This document shows positions 60,738 through 64,000 of a stretch of DNA of 64,000 nt, piece after piece. The stretch is from Candidatus Bathyarchaeota archaeon. Its GTDB lineage: Archaea > Thermoproteota > Bathyarchaeia > 40CM-2-53-6. The stretch spans positions 544,001-608,000 of the forward strand of contig CAVSBL010000002.1 in NCBI GenBank assembly GCA_963726255.1, in the 5' to 3' direction. Made by a program: the position numbers and the translations under genes. How positions within the stretch are numbered: position 1 is the first letter of the stretch; every line of letters begins with the position of its first letter. Under the pieces are notes generated by a model. It had not been told where the DNA came from. It saw only the letters and a program-made list of their open reading frames with translations, and ran no database searches.

Positions 60738-61049
60738 TTAACGTCTTCGCAACGGGGCTAACTGAGCCTTTCGAGCGAAGTGGATTAGGTCGTGCAGGTC
60801 GTTCTCCACATTGAACCTATAGGTTTGAGCGTTCCCGACCTTTCGGCTCTTTCTTACATATCCGCGTCTCTCAAGCCTTTTCAGCGATTTCTGGATAGTC
60901 TTATAGTCTAGGTTGGTCGAGTCAGCGAGCATGCGGACGGTTTGTTCCATGTTTCCAACTATAATTGATTGGTCGAGCACCTTTGCTATCGCTCTACCTT
61001 GCGGGTTTCCGAAGAGGCTAGTTAGTGGCCCGTCTAGTTGAGTTTTCAT
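60738..61049 (-). CDS. Winged-HTH DNA-binding protein
   Basis: LA..TNL.YKTI...L..L...GYV...RKVGNA..Y. Confidence 0.8.
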   Translation of the reverse strand: MKTQLDGPLTSLFGNPQGRAIAKVLDQSIIVGNMEQTVRMLADSTNLDYKTIQKSLKRLERRGYVRKSRKVGNAQTYRFNVENDLHDLIHFARKAQLAPLRRR

Positions 61050-61136
61050 TGACCTCTCTCCACGGTAAGATGTGCATATGATAGCGCATATAAAAGTTTG
61101 TATCTAAACCCATAGAGAGTGGATTAGATTCCAAAG

Positions 61137-61562
61137 TTGAAAGAGGGCGACCCAGCGCACATCCAAGGATTCATACTATACAAACTCTGGATGATGCGAT
61201 GCTGGGCTAGAGGAGGCAGACACGGTAAACACATCGACCTGGAAGACGATTTACACACAAACTACGACAAGAAGTTTAAGGGCGAAATCTTGTCACAGGC
61301 GAGAGAACTGCACACCCGTCAGCTTGTCAGTATTTTCAAATCTGAGGGCCGTGACGCAATAGCGGCCGTCTTACCCTCTGAATCTGTAATACGCGCTGCA
61401 TTGCCGGTGATAAATGCCTATCTCAGGGCGATAGGAGAAGACCCGTTAGAAGCAGACATTCGAGAGATTATCACGGGTAAGCGGTCAGAGAAGAAAACCC
61501 AACTAACGAATGAGGAACTTCGGAAATATGCGAGATTGCACCGACAAGCCCAGAACTGCTAA
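61137..61562 (+). CDS. Hypothetical basic protein
   Basis: 141-aa ORF divergent from the HTH gene; ILYKL...W.RGGRH. Confidence 0.6.
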   Translation: MKEGDPAHIQGFILYKLWMMRCWARGGRHGKHIDLEDDLHTNYDKKFKGEILSQARELHTRQLVSIFKSEGRDAIAAVLPSESVIRAALPVINAYLRAIGEDPLEADIREIITGKRSEKKTQLTNEELRKYARLHRQAQNC

Positions 61563-61747
61563 CCCCCCACAAGTTACCAGGCCACGAAACCACCCACCCA
61601 AGTTAACAAAACCCGAGAAATGGGGAGGTGGAGTGAAGGTTCCGGGATCGGTTTGCTGAATGGTTCCGAGCCCCTTGCTTGCCATGCTTGCGTTTTTGTA
61701 GCGCCACACTTTTCTAACAGAAGACTCACAGAGGCGAGCAGAATTCC

Positions 61748-61990
61748 TTGGCCTCAGTACTGCAGGTTAAGCGAAGCGATTGGGAGGCTTTCATTAAAGA
61801 GTTCTCTGAGCTCGCCAAAAAGCATGAACTCCTCCTCAAGAGGTTGGATTTGGCTGAAGCGGAGCTTGAGGCGCAAGACCAGCGAGTGAGGCAGGAAGTG
61901 AAAAGGAGCAGGAACGCCATAATGCGGATTCAATCTGCCATCGACAAACTCTGTAAGGAGACGGAGGATGCGTTGCATGCCACAAGATGA
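61748..61990 (+). CDS. Small coiled-coil protein
   Basis: Heptad periodicity, charged. Confidence 0.6.
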   Translation: MASVLQVKRSDWEAFIKEFSELAKKHELLLKRLDLAEAELEAQDQRVRQEVKRSRNAIMRIQSAIDKLCKETEDALHATR

Positions 61991-62339
61991 AGCGAAACCT
62001 AAAACCGAATTATCATTCACACGAGACGACTGGGAACGTCTCGTCTCCTCCCTAGAGCGATTGATGGTCCTCCAACGAAAAACGCTTCAGAGGTTGAAGG
62101 AATTGAACCGGCGAAACGAAGTGCTAGATCGCAAACTTCGAAGAGCCACTTCTGCGCCTATTGCTAAGGCTTCAAAACCCGTCCGGCAACACCGCATCAA
62201 ACTTACTGGTGAACTGAGGGCGGCGGGTGTCGGGCCTGTTCGAGAGGGAACAGCGAAAGGGTCGTTGTGTTCATGCGGACGGGAGTTGCCGGCTGAGGCT
62301 AAGTTCTGTGACCGCTGCGGCCGCGCAGTCTTGCCTTGA
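61968..62339 (+). CDS. Coiled-coil protein with C-terminal zinc ribbon
   Basis: Heptads, then CSCG...AKFCDRCG. Confidence 0.65.
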   Translation: MRCMPQDEAKPKTELSFTRDDWERLVSSLERLMVLQRKTLQRLKELNRRNEVLDRKLRRATSAPIAKASKPVRQHRIKLTGELRAAGVGPVREGTAKGSLCSCGRELPAEAKFCDRCGRAVLP

Positions 62340-62340
62340 T

Positions 62341-62619
62341 TTACTTTGGCAGTCGCTTGTCCGTTTCCCGAATGAGACGAGTTATGGTCTCCCGCGTTTT
62401 CCGAAGCGACTCATCCATCTGGCGCGAACCAGCGGTGAGGCTTACCTCGACAGACTCGATTTTGGCTTTAGATGCTTGAAGTTCATCATGTAATTGCTTG
62501 TTAGCCTTGTCTAGTTCGTCGATTCTCTTGACGAGTTGCTGGCAGCGGTCCATGAGGGATTGGTTGTCGGCTAGGAAGGCTTCGAATTCTTTTCGGTCGA
62601 CTGTGATCCGTTCAGACAT
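62341..62619 (-). CDS. Small coiled-coil protein
   Basis: Continuous heptads. Confidence 0.65.
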   Translation of the reverse strand: MSERITVDRKEFEAFLADNQSLMDRCQQLVKRIDELDKANKQLHDELQASKAKIESVEVSLTAGSRQMDESLRKTRETITRLIRETDKRLPK

Positions 62620-62760
62620 GGGGAAGTCTCGGCATTTGATGATTGTCTGAGTATTTGAGCGATTTCGGTAATGTTGCGGGTTTGTGGTTGCCGGGGTGCG
62701 ATGATCAGAATTAGGAGGTAGAAGTTATATGTCGGATTGACTAGGTTCACTTACTGGTGA

Positions 62761-63051
62761 TTGGGCATGTATGTTCTAGAACAAAGGCCAGAGCCCAATA
62801 GAACTCGCGTTGAGATACTTGCGAAGATCCTACAGGTCGCGGGGAACAGGATACTCAAAACGCATATTATGTATCGGGCGAATCTGAGCCATCGCCAGCT
62901 TGAGAAATATCTGGCCTTGCTTCAGGAGAATGGGTTGCTTGAGCAGGTCGTCGGCGAGGACGGGATAATGTACCGGGCAACCGAGAAGGGTAATGAGTTC
63001 TTGAAGGATTATGTGAGGCTGAATAGCCACCTAGTACCAGTTGCTACCTGA
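62761..63051 (+). CDS. Winged-HTH regulator (HTH_45-like)
   Basis: R.R.EI...IL, KTHIMYRANLS...L.KYL, TEKG..FL. Confidence 0.85.
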   Translation: MGMYVLEQRPEPNRTRVEILAKILQVAGNRILKTHIMYRANLSHRQLEKYLALLQENGLLEQVVGEDGIMYRATEKGNEFLKDYVRLNSHLVPVAT

Positions 63052-63177
63052 AAATGAGTGGGTTTTGCGAAGAAGCCGAGGCGAGGGATTTACACCGACC
63101 TGTCCATTGTGTTTGGGTTGTTGTGCGTTAATGTTAAGGATTAATGTTCTAGAACATATGTTCACAACATCCTTCAT

Positions 63178-63534
63178 ATGCCCAGGGACATCTGGCAATC
63201 GAGTCATGTGGCTGAAGCATTGAGCAAGCGCAAACGCCAGTACAGGGGACGCATCGAGATCACAGCGAACATACTCGAAATCGCCAAAGCCGGTTCACGG
63301 AAGACGAAGATAATGTACCAGGGCAACCTAAGCTTCGACCTGACCCAGAAGTACTTGAAACAACTCGAAGACTTCGAGCTCATCGACGTCAAGACGAGCA
63401 ACGGCGACAAAGTGTACACGGTCACCCCGAAAGGGGAACAGTTTCTTGCGGACTTTTACGAATTACAGAAGCACGCAGAAATCGCTGACAGCAAGAAACG
63501 AGTTCTCCAGGTTGCACTAAGCGCTCCAAGGTAG
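63178..63534 (+). CDS. Winged-HTH regulator (HTH_45-like), paralog
   Basis: RGRIEI..IL, KTKIMY..NLSF...KYL, TPKG..FL. Confidence 0.85.
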   Translation: MPRDIWQSSHVAEALSKRKRQYRGRIEITANILEIAKAGSRKTKIMYQGNLSFDLTQKYLKQLEDFELIDVKTSNGDKVYTVTPKGEQFLADFYELQKHAEIADSKKRVLQVALSAPR

Positions 63535-63798
63535 CCTAGCAGCCTACCGGCAGTGCGCGTACAGATGGATGCACCCCCCTAGGGGGCGGGGTCCTTTTTA
63601 GGGGTCAGGCGCGGCTGATTTTGCGGTTTCTTCGGAGTGGACCTGAAGGTTACGATCCTTGTATGAAGGACAGGTTTCATGCTGCCACGGTCGGCCAACA
63701 CGATTACCGCGGTGGGACCGGTGAAGATGAATTAGAATATGCCATGTGAGCCACAGGAACACCATACTTTAAGCCAACAAAACCCACGGACATGGAAC

Positions 63799-64000
63799 AT
63801 GGAATTTGCGGCGAAGCTATCGCGTTGCGTCAGCGGAGTGAGCCTGGGGATAGGGCTACTAGTACTTTTGAATTCACTTGAAATTCCATTCTACCTATAC
63901 TATCCACATGTAACGCAGACGATCCTAACCTCAGCCGCCTACGACCTCTACTTCTTCCTCGCATCGAGTGTCTCCGTTCCGTGCATACTTATACTCAATA
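63799..64000 (+). CDS. Membrane protein, N-terminal part (partial)
   Basis: Hydrophobic ORF open to the window end. Confidence 0.5.
   Translation, partial: MEFAAKLSRCVSGVSLGIGLLVLLNSLEIPFYLYYPHVTQTILTSAAYDLYFFLASSVSVPCILILN

Noticed and set aside
1-64000. tRNA, rRNA, CRISPR arrays, transposases/integrases, and the many antisense ORFs in the track
   Set aside because: None recognised by eye. The overlapping ORFs are shadows of well-supported genes. Further in-frame, stop-free introns or fragmented tRNAs could have been missed without computation.

Overview
Archaeal chromosomal window, TACK-like and probably Bathyarchaeia (inferred from gene content and frequent TTG/GTG starts). It holds a thinned exosome operon, rearranged translation/transcription superoperon genes, an Lhr helicase, two peptide ABC transporter operons and an odd uL2-uS8-uL18-uL30 cluster. 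It also holds a PolB2 cassette, a B12-dependent acyl-CoA mutase/thiolase/biotin carboxylase region with split MetE and MetF, and a small toxin-antitoxin/HTH island. Main observation: two protein-coding genes look interrupted by tiny bulge-helix-bulge (BHB) introns. One is a 24-nt insert in polymerase motif B of polB2 (42235-42258, minus strand). The other is a 17-nt insert in the DxHxxG cobalamin-binding motif of the mutase small subunit (49355-49371). Cutting after the 2nd nucleotide of each 3-nt bulge removes an in-frame stop and restores the conserved motif exactly (KWILVCSFGYLG; KPGLDGHDRG). This suggests tRNA-endonuclease-type mRNA splicing beyond the cbf5 case. About seven other frameshifts are small indels, mostly in homopolymers, and are treated as probable sequencing errors. 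All calls were made by eye; no searches were run.
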